Positions 47,347 to 56,246 of a stretch of DNA of 64,000 bases are shown here, in pieces (positions within the stretch are counted from its first letter, which is position 1; each line of letters opens with the position of its first letter). Made by a program: the position numbers and the translations under genes. Source of the stretch: a virus; the IMG/VR virus record IMGVR_UViG_3300028648_000084, positions 17,532 to 81,531 of that record. One strand, given 5' to 3'. The notes under the pieces were generated by a model. The model worked only from the letters and a program-made list of their open reading frames with translations, was not told the DNA's origin and ran no database searches.

Positions 47347-47796
47347 TCAAGCGCTCGCTCCCGCGCCAGCACTTGCTGGCGCTTTCTCAGTCGCGAGCTT
47401 CTGACGTGCGTTCCGCCGTCGCTTGGCGTCGACCACTCCAGTGATGTGACACTCCCTGCAGCGACTCATCAGCCCTGTGCGACCCGGGTAGCAGTAGAAG
47501 GCGGTCTCCGGCTTGAGCACACCGCATCGGCGGCACGGTTTCCACCAGACGCCGTCGCGAAGTTCGCAGCCGCTGTGGATGCGCTTGTGGTGGAGCCGAC
47601 TCATGAGCTGTAGGTTCTCGATCCGGTTGTCGAGCTTGTCGCCGTTGATGTGGTGAATCTCCTTGCCGGGCGGAACCGGCCCGTGGTGCGCCTCCCACAC
47701 GAGTCGATGTTCAAACTTCAGCTTCCGCTCGCGCGTCATCATGCGGCGGTAGCCGAGCACGGTCACATAGCCTCGCGGTCGAGGTCGAGGACTCAT
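47347..47796 (-). CDS. HNH endonuclease with C-terminal zinc finger
   Basis: EHRLVW...IHHINGDKLDNRIENL; CRRC...CREC; ATGA-coupled to the methyltransferase gene. Confidence 0.85.
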   Translation of the reverse strand: MSPRPRPRGYVTVLGYRRMMTRERKLKFEHRLVWEAHHGPVPPGKEIHHINGDKLDNRIENLQLMSRLHHKRIHSGCELRDGVWWKPCRRCGVLKPETAFYCYPGRTGLMSRCRECHITGVVDAKRRRNARQKLATEKAPASAGAGASA

Positions 47797-49139
47797 CGCA
47801 TCGCCTCCTCGCGCGCCTTCATCGGAATCGGCGATGTGCCGGTTCGCTCGAGCACCGCGTGCTTCCCGGTGAATCTCTGGTAGCGGTCGACTATGAGATC
47901 GCAGTACAGCGGGTCCAGCTCCATCAGGAACGCGCGACGACCAGTCTGCTCGGCGCCGATGAGCGTCGATCCGCTCCCTCCGAACAGATCGAGCACGTTT
48001 TCTCCAGCGCGTGAGGAGTACTGCATGGCGCGCGTTGCGAGCTCCACGCTCTTCTGAGTCAAATGTTCCATCTTCTGCGGCGGGATCTTCTTCACATGCC
48101 ACAGGTCGGTCGCGTTGTTCGGACCGAGGAAGAGATGCGCGGCGCCTTCGCGCCAGCCGTAGAAGCAGATCTCGAACGCGCCCATGAAGTCCTTGCGCGT
48201 GAGCACCGGATGCTGCTTGTCCCAGACGATGCCCTGTGAGAAGTACAGCTCGTGCTTCTTGAGGAATGGCGGGTAGTTGCCGAGGTTCGCGTAGCCGCCC
48301 CAGATGTAGAACCCGCGCCCCGGCAATAGCACGCGCGCCATGTTGCCGAACCACGCATCGAGCAGCTCATCGAACGCTTCGTCAGTCACGAAGTCGTTCG
48401 CGAGCGGACGGTCCTTCGCGCGGAGCTGTCGATGAGTCGCCTTCGATCCCGGGTTCCGCGCCTTGTCGAACTTCTGGTGATGCCCCCGGGTCGTACCTTC
48501 GAACGATGAGAGGCCTGCGGCGATCGCGTTGTTCGAGCGCGGTTCGACCTTCACGTTGTACGGCGGGTCCGTGTTGACGAGATGGATCGGTTGGCCATCA
48601 AGCAGGCGATCGAGATCCGCAACTGACGAGCTGTCACCGCAGAGCAGCCGGTGATCACCAAGAACCCACAGGTCGCCGGGCTGCGTGGTCGCAGCATCAG
48701 GTGGCGACGGCACATCGTCCGGGTCGGCGAGCCCGTCCTTCATGTCGCCCGCGAAGATCTTCGCGAGCTCATCTGCGTCGAACCCGAGCGATGCGAGATC
48801 GACATCGATCGACCGCAATGCATCGAGCTCGATCGCGAGTAGATCCATGTTCCATTCGGCGAGCTCGGCGGTCTTGTTGTCCGCAATGCGGTACGCGCGG
48901 ATCTGCTCGGGCGTGAGATCGCGGGCCACATGCACCGGTGCCTTCTCGAGGCCGAGCTTCTGCGCCGCCTTCCAGCGCGTGTGCCCGCAGACGATCACGC
49001 CGTCGGTGTCGACCACGATCGGTTGGCGGAACCCGAACTGCTTCAGCGATGTCGCGACCGCATCGATCGCGTCGTCGTTGATGCGCGGGTTCGCCTCGTA
49101 GGGCTTGATGTCAGCGAGCGGACGGAGTTCGATCTTCAT
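47793..49139 (-). CDS. ParB-like domain / DNA adenine methyltransferase fusion
   Basis: PYEANPRIND..GFRQPIVV ParB-like domain; TDPPYNV; VLDLFGGSGST. Confidence 0.9.
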   Translation of the reverse strand: MKIELRPLADIKPYEANPRINDDAIDAVATSLKQFGFRQPIVVDTDGVIVCGHTRWKAAQKLGLEKAPVHVARDLTPEQIRAYRIADNKTAELAEWNMDLLAIELDALRSIDVDLASLGFDADELAKIFAGDMKDGLADPDDVPSPPDAATTQPGDLWVLGDHRLLCGDSSSVADLDRLLDGQPIHLVNTDPPYNVKVEPRSNNAIAAGLSSFEGTTRGHHQKFDKARNPGSKATHRQLRAKDRPLANDFVTDEAFDELLDAWFGNMARVLLPGRGFYIWGGYANLGNYPPFLKKHELYFSQGIVWDKQHPVLTRKDFMGAFEICFYGWREGAAHLFLGPNNATDLWHVKKIPPQKMEHLTQKSVELATRAMQYSSRAGENVLDLFGGSGSTLIGAEQTGRRAFLMELDPLYCDLIVDRYQRFTGKHAVLERTGTSPIPMKAREEAMR

Positions 49140-49510
49140 CGGGGGGAGTCCTTTCCGTAGTCGTCCTGTTCGAGGCGCCGCTGAACGGCGATGAGCTTCA
49201 GGTCGGACGCGGCGTAAAGCACGCGGCTTGCGATGGCGACAGTCGGGATGGGGCCGCGCGGTGCGCTGAGTCGATGAAGCGTTCGGATGCCGATGCCGAG
49301 TTGACGCGCCGCTTCCTTGGCGTCCACGAGCAGCGGTTCAGTCTTTCCGGGTTGCGGCGCATGCATGCGTGTCGTCGCGAGCGCCGCACGCTGCCGATCT
49401 CGTTCGCGCTCCGCTTCACGCTGCACGCGGCCGTCCTCAATGGCGGCCAACAACTCGAGGAGGGATTCGGCCATGCGATGCATGGCCGCCGATTCGCGGG
49501 GGGTTGTCAT
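49136..49510 (-). CDS. Excisionase-like HTH protein (124 aa)
   Basis: LLVDAKEAARQLGIGIRTLHRL...IPTVAIASRVLY, HTH_17 pattern. Confidence 0.75.
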   Translation of the reverse strand: MTTPRESAAMHRMAESLLELLAAIEDGRVQREAERERDRQRAALATTRMHAPQPGKTEPLLVDAKEAARQLGIGIRTLHRLSAPRGPIPTVAIASRVLYAASDLKLIAVQRRLEQDDYGKDSPR

Positions 49511-49756
49511 TCCGCGATCGTCCCTCGGCGCGCCCGAAGCGATCGGCACTTGGCGAACGACGCCGCCAAGGGGGCCAACCTTGGCCAACTCGCGACGACT
49601 GGGCGACCCTGCGCCACCGGCGCAACGGGGGCGACCGTCGTGGTCCAGGTGGCGACCGCGCCGCGTTCGGCACCTTGAAATAAAGTCAGTCGCCATTGGC
49701 GACTGTTCCCACGTGCCTTTCGGGCAGTTTTCGCGCTGGTAGTACCTACGACCATT

Positions 49757-49996
49757 CGAACTGCGCGCACGAACCTCAAGCGCGCGCGCAGTTAGTTCGG
49801 GTGCTGCGGCCAACTGGCCGCACGCACCCCGGGGGGGTATGGGGGGGTGCGCGCAGTTAGTTAGTTCGCTGGCTCGCGCCCCGATAACGGGTCGAACTGC
49901 GCGCAGCGCGCCGATGGGGTGCGCGCAGTTCGCGGTGGCTGAACGAACCAACTGCGCGCAGCGAACCACCCGATTCGGGTGCGCGCAGTTAGTTCG
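49757..49996. repeat. Seven GCGCGCAGTT iteron-like repeats in both orientations (candidate replication origin)
   Basis: Direct copies at 49784, 49849, 49921, 49981; inverted copies at 49759, 49895, 49950; directly downstream of the primase-helicase gene. Confidence 0.75.
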
Positions 49997-50016
49997 CGAC
50001 TTGCTGCGGGCCACCG

Positions 50017-52185
50017 TCATGCGTCACCCCCAACGTTCGCATCACCACCAATGACGAAGCCGATCGGCCCGCCACGGCCAGGGAGACGGACACGGCTGAT
50101 CAAGCCACGCCGTTCGGCGATGCCGACGAAATCGCCTGCACGACGCCACGGCAAGTCGGAGACATCGTCAATGAGCTCTCGAAGCTCTGGAAGCGTTACC
50201 GGTTCGCTCCCGATGAACTCCTGTACGAACCGCTCAACGGTCCAGGTGACTGCCTTCGGTGCCTTGGGTTCGTCTTCCTTGGGCTGCTTGCGCTTTGCTG
50301 GTCGCTCTGGCTTGAGGGCCTCGGGATCGAGCGCGTCATCGACGGTCCAGATGGGGAACGACCAGCGCAGGCATGTCGGCTCGATCGGTGCCCATGAGCG
50401 GACGGCCGCATCGAGCACGACGACACCTTGTTCCTCATGAGGCCGAAGGACGAGATGCGTGTCGGTCGCTCGGCTTTGAGCGCCGGCGCCGGCGCCGACA
50501 TCGGTCACGCTCTTGCCCGACTGGCTGCCCTTGGTCGAGTGATGGATCAGGACGAAGCAGCAGCCGAGCCGGTCGGCGAAGGCGTCGAGGCGGTTGTAGA
50601 TGTTCGCCATCGTGCCGTTGTCGTTCTCGTCGCCACCTGCGGGCATGAAGCGATAGAACGCGTCGAGCACGATCACCTTGACGCGCCCTGGCTCGAGTGC
50701 GGCGAAGTAGGGCGCGAGCGTGAAGATGTCCTGGAGCCGCCCGCGGAGGTTGTCGACGAAGATGCGATCGTCGATCTCGCGCATTGCGACGCCGCGTGCA
50801 TGCGCGACCTGCGGAATGCGGTGCGCGCTCGTTTCGCGGTGTAGCTCGTTGTCGATGATCAGCACATTGCCGGGCACGGTCTCGTAGCGACCGAGCCAGG
50901 GGCGACCGGTTGCGACGGCGATCGCGAGGTCGAGCGTGAGCCAACTCTTCCCCGTCTTCGGGCTCGCGATGATGTTCATCGTCTCGCCCTCCCGCAAGAG
51001 GCCGTGAATCACTGGAGGCCGCAGCTGCGGGTAGGCCGCGACGAGGTCGCGCACTGGAAGCGGCGCCGGCACAAGTGACGACTCTGCCTGAGGCGGCACA
51101 TGTGTGATGAACGCCGAGAGATCAACGCCGTGCGTGTTGTCAGCGGAGCCGTAGCCCTCTGAAGCGAGCGATGATGCCGCCGCGGCAAAGTCGCCGTGAT
51201 GCTCGAGCAGCGCATAGACGGCGAATGGCGCGTAGCCATTGTGCGCCTCGAACGGCGGCGCGTTCGTCGAGAAGACATAGAAGACGCGGTCCTTGAGGGT
51301 CGCGCTCGTGCCGGCGAACTTGCCTGGCCTGCACCAGTGCTCGTTGTCCCCGGCGCTGACACGTTTCCAGCCATGCTTGAGCAGGTACTCCCGGGGATCG
51401 CCGCGTGCATTGAAGTCGTCACCAGGACGCAGTGCGCCTTCGCTTCCGCTTGTTTGCCGCTTGGCTTCCTCTTGATTGCCGCTTGATTGCGCATTGCCGT
51501 CGACCATGGGCCTCGGCAACTCGTCGAGCGCCCAGGCGCAGCCGAGGAGGATGTCGCGCTCGTCGGTCGTGATGAGCGGCGGCGCGCAGAGATCGCCATG
51601 CGTGATCTCGTAGCCGTCGGACGGCGCGCAGAGGAAGAGGCCGCCCTCGCCACGCGTCTCGATCATCGTGACGATGACATGCCACACGCCCGCCGCATCC
51701 TGGCGCGGCACATGCGTCTTGCCGCCGACCACGACGGACTCGGCGCCGTCGACCACGATGCGGCGCTGTGCGAGCTTCGTGTTGCCCGACACCGGCGCCT
51801 CGCATCGATAGACCACATGCTTGCCACCCGACGGAGTCGATTCGATCACGAGTCGATCGACGAGTCCGGGGGCGTTGTCCTCGACCGACGCGCGCCAGGC
51901 ATCGAACGCCTCACCACCGAGATCGAAGTCGATCATCTCGAGGTTGCCCGAGACGGCGCCGCAGACGAGGCACATCGCGCCTCCCCCGGACGCATCGGCG
52001 TTGAACCACGAGCCGATCTCGTCACTCGACGGCAGTCGCGATTGGTAGGTCTTCCAGCGCCGGAGCGCCACGCGCTTCTCATCACCGCGCCTGAGCGCGG
52101 GCAGCGCGCACAGACCGGCCGCAACGCATGAGCGCGCATGTGAGCCGAGCGAGCCGTTCACCGAGATCGGTGCGTTGCTCGTCAT
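50017..52185 (-). CDS. Bifunctional primase-polymerase fused to an AAA_25 helicase
   Basis: CGAVSGNLEMIDFD and TPSGGKH prim-pol motifs; ASPKTGKS Walker A; IVLDAFY; IHHSTK. Confidence 0.88.
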   Translation of the reverse strand: MTSNAPISVNGSLGSHARSCVAAGLCALPALRRGDEKRVALRRWKTYQSRLPSSDEIGSWFNADASGGGAMCLVCGAVSGNLEMIDFDLGGEAFDAWRASVEDNAPGLVDRLVIESTPSGGKHVVYRCEAPVSGNTKLAQRRIVVDGAESVVVGGKTHVPRQDAAGVWHVIVTMIETRGEGGLFLCAPSDGYEITHGDLCAPPLITTDERDILLGCAWALDELPRPMVDGNAQSSGNQEEAKRQTSGSEGALRPGDDFNARGDPREYLLKHGWKRVSAGDNEHWCRPGKFAGTSATLKDRVFYVFSTNAPPFEAHNGYAPFAVYALLEHHGDFAAAASSLASEGYGSADNTHGVDLSAFITHVPPQAESSLVPAPLPVRDLVAAYPQLRPPVIHGLLREGETMNIIASPKTGKSWLTLDLAIAVATGRPWLGRYETVPGNVLIIDNELHRETSAHRIPQVAHARGVAMREIDDRIFVDNLRGRLQDIFTLAPYFAALEPGRVKVIVLDAFYRFMPAGGDENDNGTMANIYNRLDAFADRLGCCFVLIHHSTKGSQSGKSVTDVGAGAGAQSRATDTHLVLRPHEEQGVVVLDAAVRSWAPIEPTCLRWSFPIWTVDDALDPEALKPERPAKRKQPKEDEPKAPKAVTWTVERFVQEFIGSEPVTLPELRELIDDVSDLPWRRAGDFVGIAERRGLISRVRLPGRGGPIGFVIGGDANVGGDA

Positions 52186-53885
52186 CAGAACGGGATCTCC
52201 CCGAAGTCTTGATCGCCGCCCGTCGGCGGCACGGTCTCGGGCAGTCCATCCTCGCTCTCAAGTCGCGGCGGCTTCGGACCGAGCTTGTGGTCGACGACGC
52301 GGTCCCACTGGTCACCGGGCTTGCGTTCGATCGTGATGCTCAGCGTCTGTGCGAGCGCGCCGGCGCGGGCGAGATCGACCGCCTCTTCGACCGTGCTCGG
52401 CACGAGCTCGTTCGAGCGCTTGCTCCACCACGCCTCGGCCTTCCTCCGCGCCATTCCATTCCGTGGGTGCTCGAAGCAGATCCATTCGCGATGCCAGCGG
52501 TTCCAACCGCAGCGGTACTCGACGCGCATTGTGGGCAGCGCATTCGGACTGTCGCGCTTGAAATGGATGTGGTAGCCGACCTCGCTCACGCGCTCCTCGA
52601 TCCGCGACACACCATCGGCGCCGGAGACAACATCAGCATCCGATGCAACGGCGCCGTGCTTCACCACCTGGCGCGGCGGGAACACATGACCGCAATGTGG
52701 GCAGACGGCGTACGCCGCGTGAATGAGCGCGTCGCAATCCGGGCACTGCTTCGCCGGTGGATCGCCTGCGACCGCGTTCGGGTCGGCCAATCGAATCGCA
52801 TCGACCGGCCCGTGCCGAAGCACGTTGCCACCGAAGTCCATGACGAGACACTCGGCCTTGCCAGGGTGCACTCGGAAGCCGCGACCGACCATCTGGTAGT
52901 ACAAGCCCGGACTCAGCGTCGGCCGCAGCATCGCGACGCAGTCGACGTTCGGCGCATCGAAGCCGGTGGTCAGAACATTGACGTTCGCCAGGAACTTGAG
53001 TTCGCCCGCCTTGAATCGTCTGATGAGCGCGTCGCGTTCCTTCGCCGGAGTGTTGCCGTCGAGAAAGCCGCAATCGACTGCATGCCTGCGCCGCAGGACA
53101 TCGGCGACATGCTCGCCGTGGCGCACGCCAGAACAGAAGACCAGCACCGAATGACGGTCGCGCGTCGACGCGACCATGTCGGCACAGGCGGCCTCGACCA
53201 ACGAGTCCTTGTCCATCAGGTCCTCGAGCTCGCCCGCGACGAACTCGCCACCGCGCACATGCACGTCGCTGGTGTCGGCGATCGCCTTGCCGGCGCGGCT
53301 ATGGAGTGGGCACAGGAATCCCTGCGTGATCAGCTCGCGCACTCCCGCCTCGAAGCAGACCTCGTTCAACACATGGTCCGGCGCAGGACCGCAGATCATG
53401 CCCGTCTTCATTCGATACGGCGTGGCGGTAAGGCCGATGACGCGCTGGTGGTCGCAGATGTCCCGCGCGTCAGCCAGGAAGCGCCGGTACATCCCTTCGC
53501 CGTCTGGTGGAATGAGATGCGCCTCGTCAACGATGACGAGGTCGAGCGGCCCGAGATCATGGGCGCGCTGGTAGACGGACTGGATGCCAGCGATCGTGAT
53601 CGCGTAGCCGAGATCGCGACGACCGAGTCCCGCCGAGTAGACGCCGATCGGAAGATCGGGCGCCACCACTCGCAGCTTGTCCGCGGCCTGGTCGAGAAGC
53701 TCCTTCACATGTGCAAGCACGACGACGCGGCCGTTCCATTTGGTCACTGCATCCCGGCAGATCTCGGCGATGACATGCGTCTTGCCGGAGCCGGTCGGAA
53801 GGACGACGGCGGGGTTCGTGCTGCTCGATGCGATGTGGTGCCACACCGCGTCGACGGCATCGCGCTGGTAGGGACGAAGCTCCAT
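52185..53885 (-). CDS. SF2 helicase (RadD/YejH-like) with zinc finger
   Basis: LPTGSGKT, IVDEAH, GLTATP, YQMVGRG; CPDC...CPHC. Confidence 0.9.
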   Translation of the reverse strand: MELRPYQRDAVDAVWHHIASSSTNPAVVLPTGSGKTHVIAEICRDAVTKWNGRVVVLAHVKELLDQAADKLRVVAPDLPIGVYSAGLGRRDLGYAITIAGIQSVYQRAHDLGPLDLVIVDEAHLIPPDGEGMYRRFLADARDICDHQRVIGLTATPYRMKTGMICGPAPDHVLNEVCFEAGVRELITQGFLCPLHSRAGKAIADTSDVHVRGGEFVAGELEDLMDKDSLVEAACADMVASTRDRHSVLVFCSGVRHGEHVADVLRRRHAVDCGFLDGNTPAKERDALIRRFKAGELKFLANVNVLTTGFDAPNVDCVAMLRPTLSPGLYYQMVGRGFRVHPGKAECLVMDFGGNVLRHGPVDAIRLADPNAVAGDPPAKQCPDCDALIHAAYAVCPHCGHVFPPRQVVKHGAVASDADVVSGADGVSRIEERVSEVGYHIHFKRDSPNALPTMRVEYRCGWNRWHREWICFEHPRNGMARRKAEAWWSKRSNELVPSTVEEAVDLARAGALAQTLSITIERKPGDQWDRVVDHKLGPKPPRLESEDGLPETVPPTGGDQDFGEIPF

Positions 53886-54251
53886 TCAGAATGTCTCCAC
53901 GATCTCGACGGCGCATGAGCCCCCGGGAACGCATGCACCACGCTCAATGGTGAGATGGTCGATCTGCGAGTCGTCCTCGTAGACACCTGCGTGCGCAAGC
54001 GCATCAAGCAGGCTCTTCATGGAGTTGTCGATGTCCCGGCGCCGGCGATCGGGTGGATGAAGAATGACGATCATGTCGAGGCGACCCCGGAAGGTTGATG
54101 TGTCGGGACTCAGCCGCGCTGCCGCGAGGAGGGAGCACACGCGTTCGCGGTAGCTCCTCCCCTCACGGCTCAACAGGACGCGCGGGCCGACATGCCGCCA
54201 GTAGCGATTGACCGACGGCGGAAATGGAAGGGTGAGTACGCGTCGTCTCAT
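53886..54251 (-). CDS. rusA: RusA Holliday junction resolvase
   Basis: LPFPPSVNRYWR...PDRRRRDIDNSMKSLLDAL..AGVYEDDSQI. Confidence 0.92.
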   Translation of the reverse strand: MRRRVLTLPFPPSVNRYWRHVGPRVLLSREGRSYRERVCSLLAAARLSPDTSTFRGRLDMIVILHPPDRRRRDIDNSMKSLLDALAHAGVYEDDSQIDHLTIERGACVPGGSCAVEIVETF

Positions 54252-54754
54252 CGCTTCCACGGCGGCGTCGAACCCGCGGCCACAGGTTGGCGCGGAGCGC
54301 CACCCGTTGGCCCGCTTGCGACGGCAGCGCCGGCTGGCCCATGGCCTCCGCCGTGATTGCCTCGCTTCGCGTAGCCCTTGATGATGTTGGTGAACTCGCC
54401 GCTGTCATCGCGGCGCTTGAGCCCGACACTGATCTCAAGCGGGATGTTGTGCAGTTCGACCGAGTCGCGCGGTTGCATCACGCTGATCGCCCGGCAGATC
54501 GACGAGAGTTCGCCACGCGCGATCTTCACTGCCATCGCGCTGTCGTTCTCAAGATTGAGCCTTGCCCAGACGAAGCGGCCTCGGAACTCGCCTTCGATCA
54601 CCTGGAATGTGAGCTGCAGGTACTGGCCGTTGCCCGCCTTCGTCGGCTTCATCTCCGACTCGGTGATGATGGCGGCGTAGCGACCTGCAGGCAGCGGATC
54701 GAACTGAACTGCGGGATCGATCTGGTTCGCGTCGAAGTTGTTGAGATGAGCCAT
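54248..54754 (-). CDS. DUF669-family phage ssDNA-binding protein
   Basis: FDPLPAGRY...EMKPTKAGNGQYLQL; Gly-rich tail ending PPWKR. Confidence 0.85.
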   Translation of the reverse strand: MAHLNNFDANQIDPAVQFDPLPAGRYAAIITESEMKPTKAGNGQYLQLTFQVIEGEFRGRFVWARLNLENDSAMAVKIARGELSSICRAISVMQPRDSVELHNIPLEISVGLKRRDDSGEFTNIIKGYAKRGNHGGGHGPAGAAVASGPTGGAPRQPVAAGSTPPWKR

Positions 54755-54776
54755 GTGTGTGTCTCCTGAGAGTGCG

Positions 54777-55517
54777 TCAGTTGGTCGATGCTGGCGACGG
54801 CGCGTTGTGCGCAATCGCGTCGGTGAGTTCCTGCCATGACAGCGCGAGCCGCGGCGGCAGCGCGTATCGGTTCTTCGCGGTGATCGTGCTCGTTGACTCG
54901 GTCGTGAGAATGCGAGTCCCGTCGGGCTCGCGCGATGCATAGAGCACGCAGTCGGCCCACTCGATGAACATCGGCGCGATCCACCCCGGAATGTCCGGGC
55001 CTGCGAGCCGCACATCGAACCCCTCGGGGGTCGTCATCTTTGTGTTGGCCGCATGCGCGAGCAGGAGCACCGTGATGCCGCGATCAGTGATCGCGTTCAA
55101 CAGTGGCAGCAACTCGCGGCTCACGATGTTCTGCACGATCTCGCGCGCCTTGAAGTAGCCACCGTGGGCGGATGAGAGAGTGTTGGTCACATCGCCGCGG
55201 CTCTTCTTGTCGAGGTCCATCACAACGAACTCGACGATGCGCTGGAGCAACCAATCGAGCGTGTCGATCGCGACGACCCGCAGGCCTTCGGGAGCGTTGC
55301 TCTCGATCTCACTGAGCCATGCAAATGCCTCTGGCCAGCTTCGAATGAACGGCGTGCGCGTGAGACCTGGAATCGCGCCGGCGCCGTTCTCGCAGTCGAT
55401 GAGAAGCGCGTCGGCGCCTTGGGCAAGCGTTGTCTTTCCGACTCCAGCGCCGCCGTACAGCAGGACCTTCGGCGGCGCTGGTGTCGTGGTCGTGATCAAT
55501 GTGTCGAGCAGTGGCAT
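54777..55517 (-). CDS. Sak4-like AAA_24 ssDNA-annealing ATPase
   Basis: LLYGGAGVGKTT, VAIDTLDWL, LLAH, EWADCV, AKNRY. Confidence 0.88.
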   Translation of the reverse strand: MPLLDTLITTTTPAPPKVLLYGGAGVGKTTLAQGADALLIDCENGAGAIPGLTRTPFIRSWPEAFAWLSEIESNAPEGLRVVAIDTLDWLLQRIVEFVVMDLDKKSRGDVTNTLSSAHGGYFKAREIVQNIVSRELLPLLNAITDRGITVLLLAHAANTKMTTPEGFDVRLAGPDIPGWIAPMFIEWADCVLYASREPDGTRILTTESTSTITAKNRYALPPRLALSWQELTDAIAHNAPSPASTN

Positions 55518-55548
55518 GTGTTCTCCGGGGTCAGCGGTGCGAGATGGG

Positions 55549-55590
55549 GCTATCTGGGATGTACGCCGCGATTCCGAGCGCTGTCCGCTC
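55549..55590 (-). promoter_or_regulatory. Conserved 42-bp motif, copy b (replication operon)
   Basis: GCTATCTGGGATGTACGCCGCGATTCCGAGCGCTGTCCGCTC on the plus strand. Confidence 0.7.
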
Positions 55591-56167
55591 AGTGACCGAA
55601 ACCGTGGCGGATGAAGTGCTCACGGATCTCGGCGATGAGGGAGCGCATCTGCCGACGCGAGATGCCGAGACGCCGCGCGGCGGTCGCCGGTGTGTCCTCG
55701 CGCAGGAGCCGCACCACGATCACAAGGTCTGGCTGCAGCGACGCTGTCGCGTGCTCGATCGACTGGCGGGTGATGAATGCACCGATCGCGTCGGGCGCCG
55801 CGCCGCCATGCCGCGTCGCCGCCTCAGACTCCGTGATCGCTTCCGCGCGCCGCCGTTGCCCACGGGCGTCCGGCGCATCGAACGACCAGGTGTTGAGCGC
55901 CACGCGCCGGCAATCGCGGTAGCGCTCCTTGATGAGCGAAGCACCAATGCTCCGCATCGCGCACGCCACGAGAGCGTGCAGCGCGCCACGGCAGAGATCG
56001 AGCTTCGCGAGCCTTGGCGCGAGTTGGATTCGGATCGCGCCTGCGATGTCGGCGATGTCGTCGCCGACGAACTCGCGGCGCTGCGCGAGTTCCCGCGCCT
56101 TCTTCCGGATCGCGCGCTTGACGATGGGGTGCGTGAGGAGGTCGGACGGGTTGTTCGGTAGCGACAT
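55589..56167 (-). CDS. Phage sigma70/ECF-like factor
   Basis: Region-2-like N-terminal half; region-4 HTH (ASLQPDLVIVVRLL...TAARRLGISRRQM); start placed at ATG 56167. Confidence 0.7.
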   Translation of the reverse strand: MSLPNNPSDLLTHPIVKRAIRKKARELAQRREFVGDDIADIAGAIRIQLAPRLAKLDLCRGALHALVACAMRSIGASLIKERYRDCRRVALNTWSFDAPDARGQRRRAEAITESEAATRHGGAAPDAIGAFITRQSIEHATASLQPDLVIVVRLLREDTPATAARRLGISRRQMRSLIAEIREHFIRHGFGH

Positions 56168-56246
56168 CGATGGTCCCTGTGGTGCGGGGCGGCGCGTTCG
56201 CCGCGTGCCACACACACTGAGGACCTAGACTTACCGCTCGATGGAA

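Noticed and set aside
44927-47350. 807-aa minus-strand ORF
   Set aside because: Antisense to five genes with clear ribosome-binding sites and recognisable domains; Arg-rich composition is typical of a high-GC shadow ORF.
49511-50020. N-terminal TNCAHP-repeat extension of ORF 49136-50020
   Set aside because: The DNA motif occurs in both orientations, so it is a binding-site array; the real gene probably starts at 49510.
52128-53918. 596-aa plus-strand ORF
   Set aside because: Antisense shadow of the SF2 helicase gene, which has all its canonical motifs.
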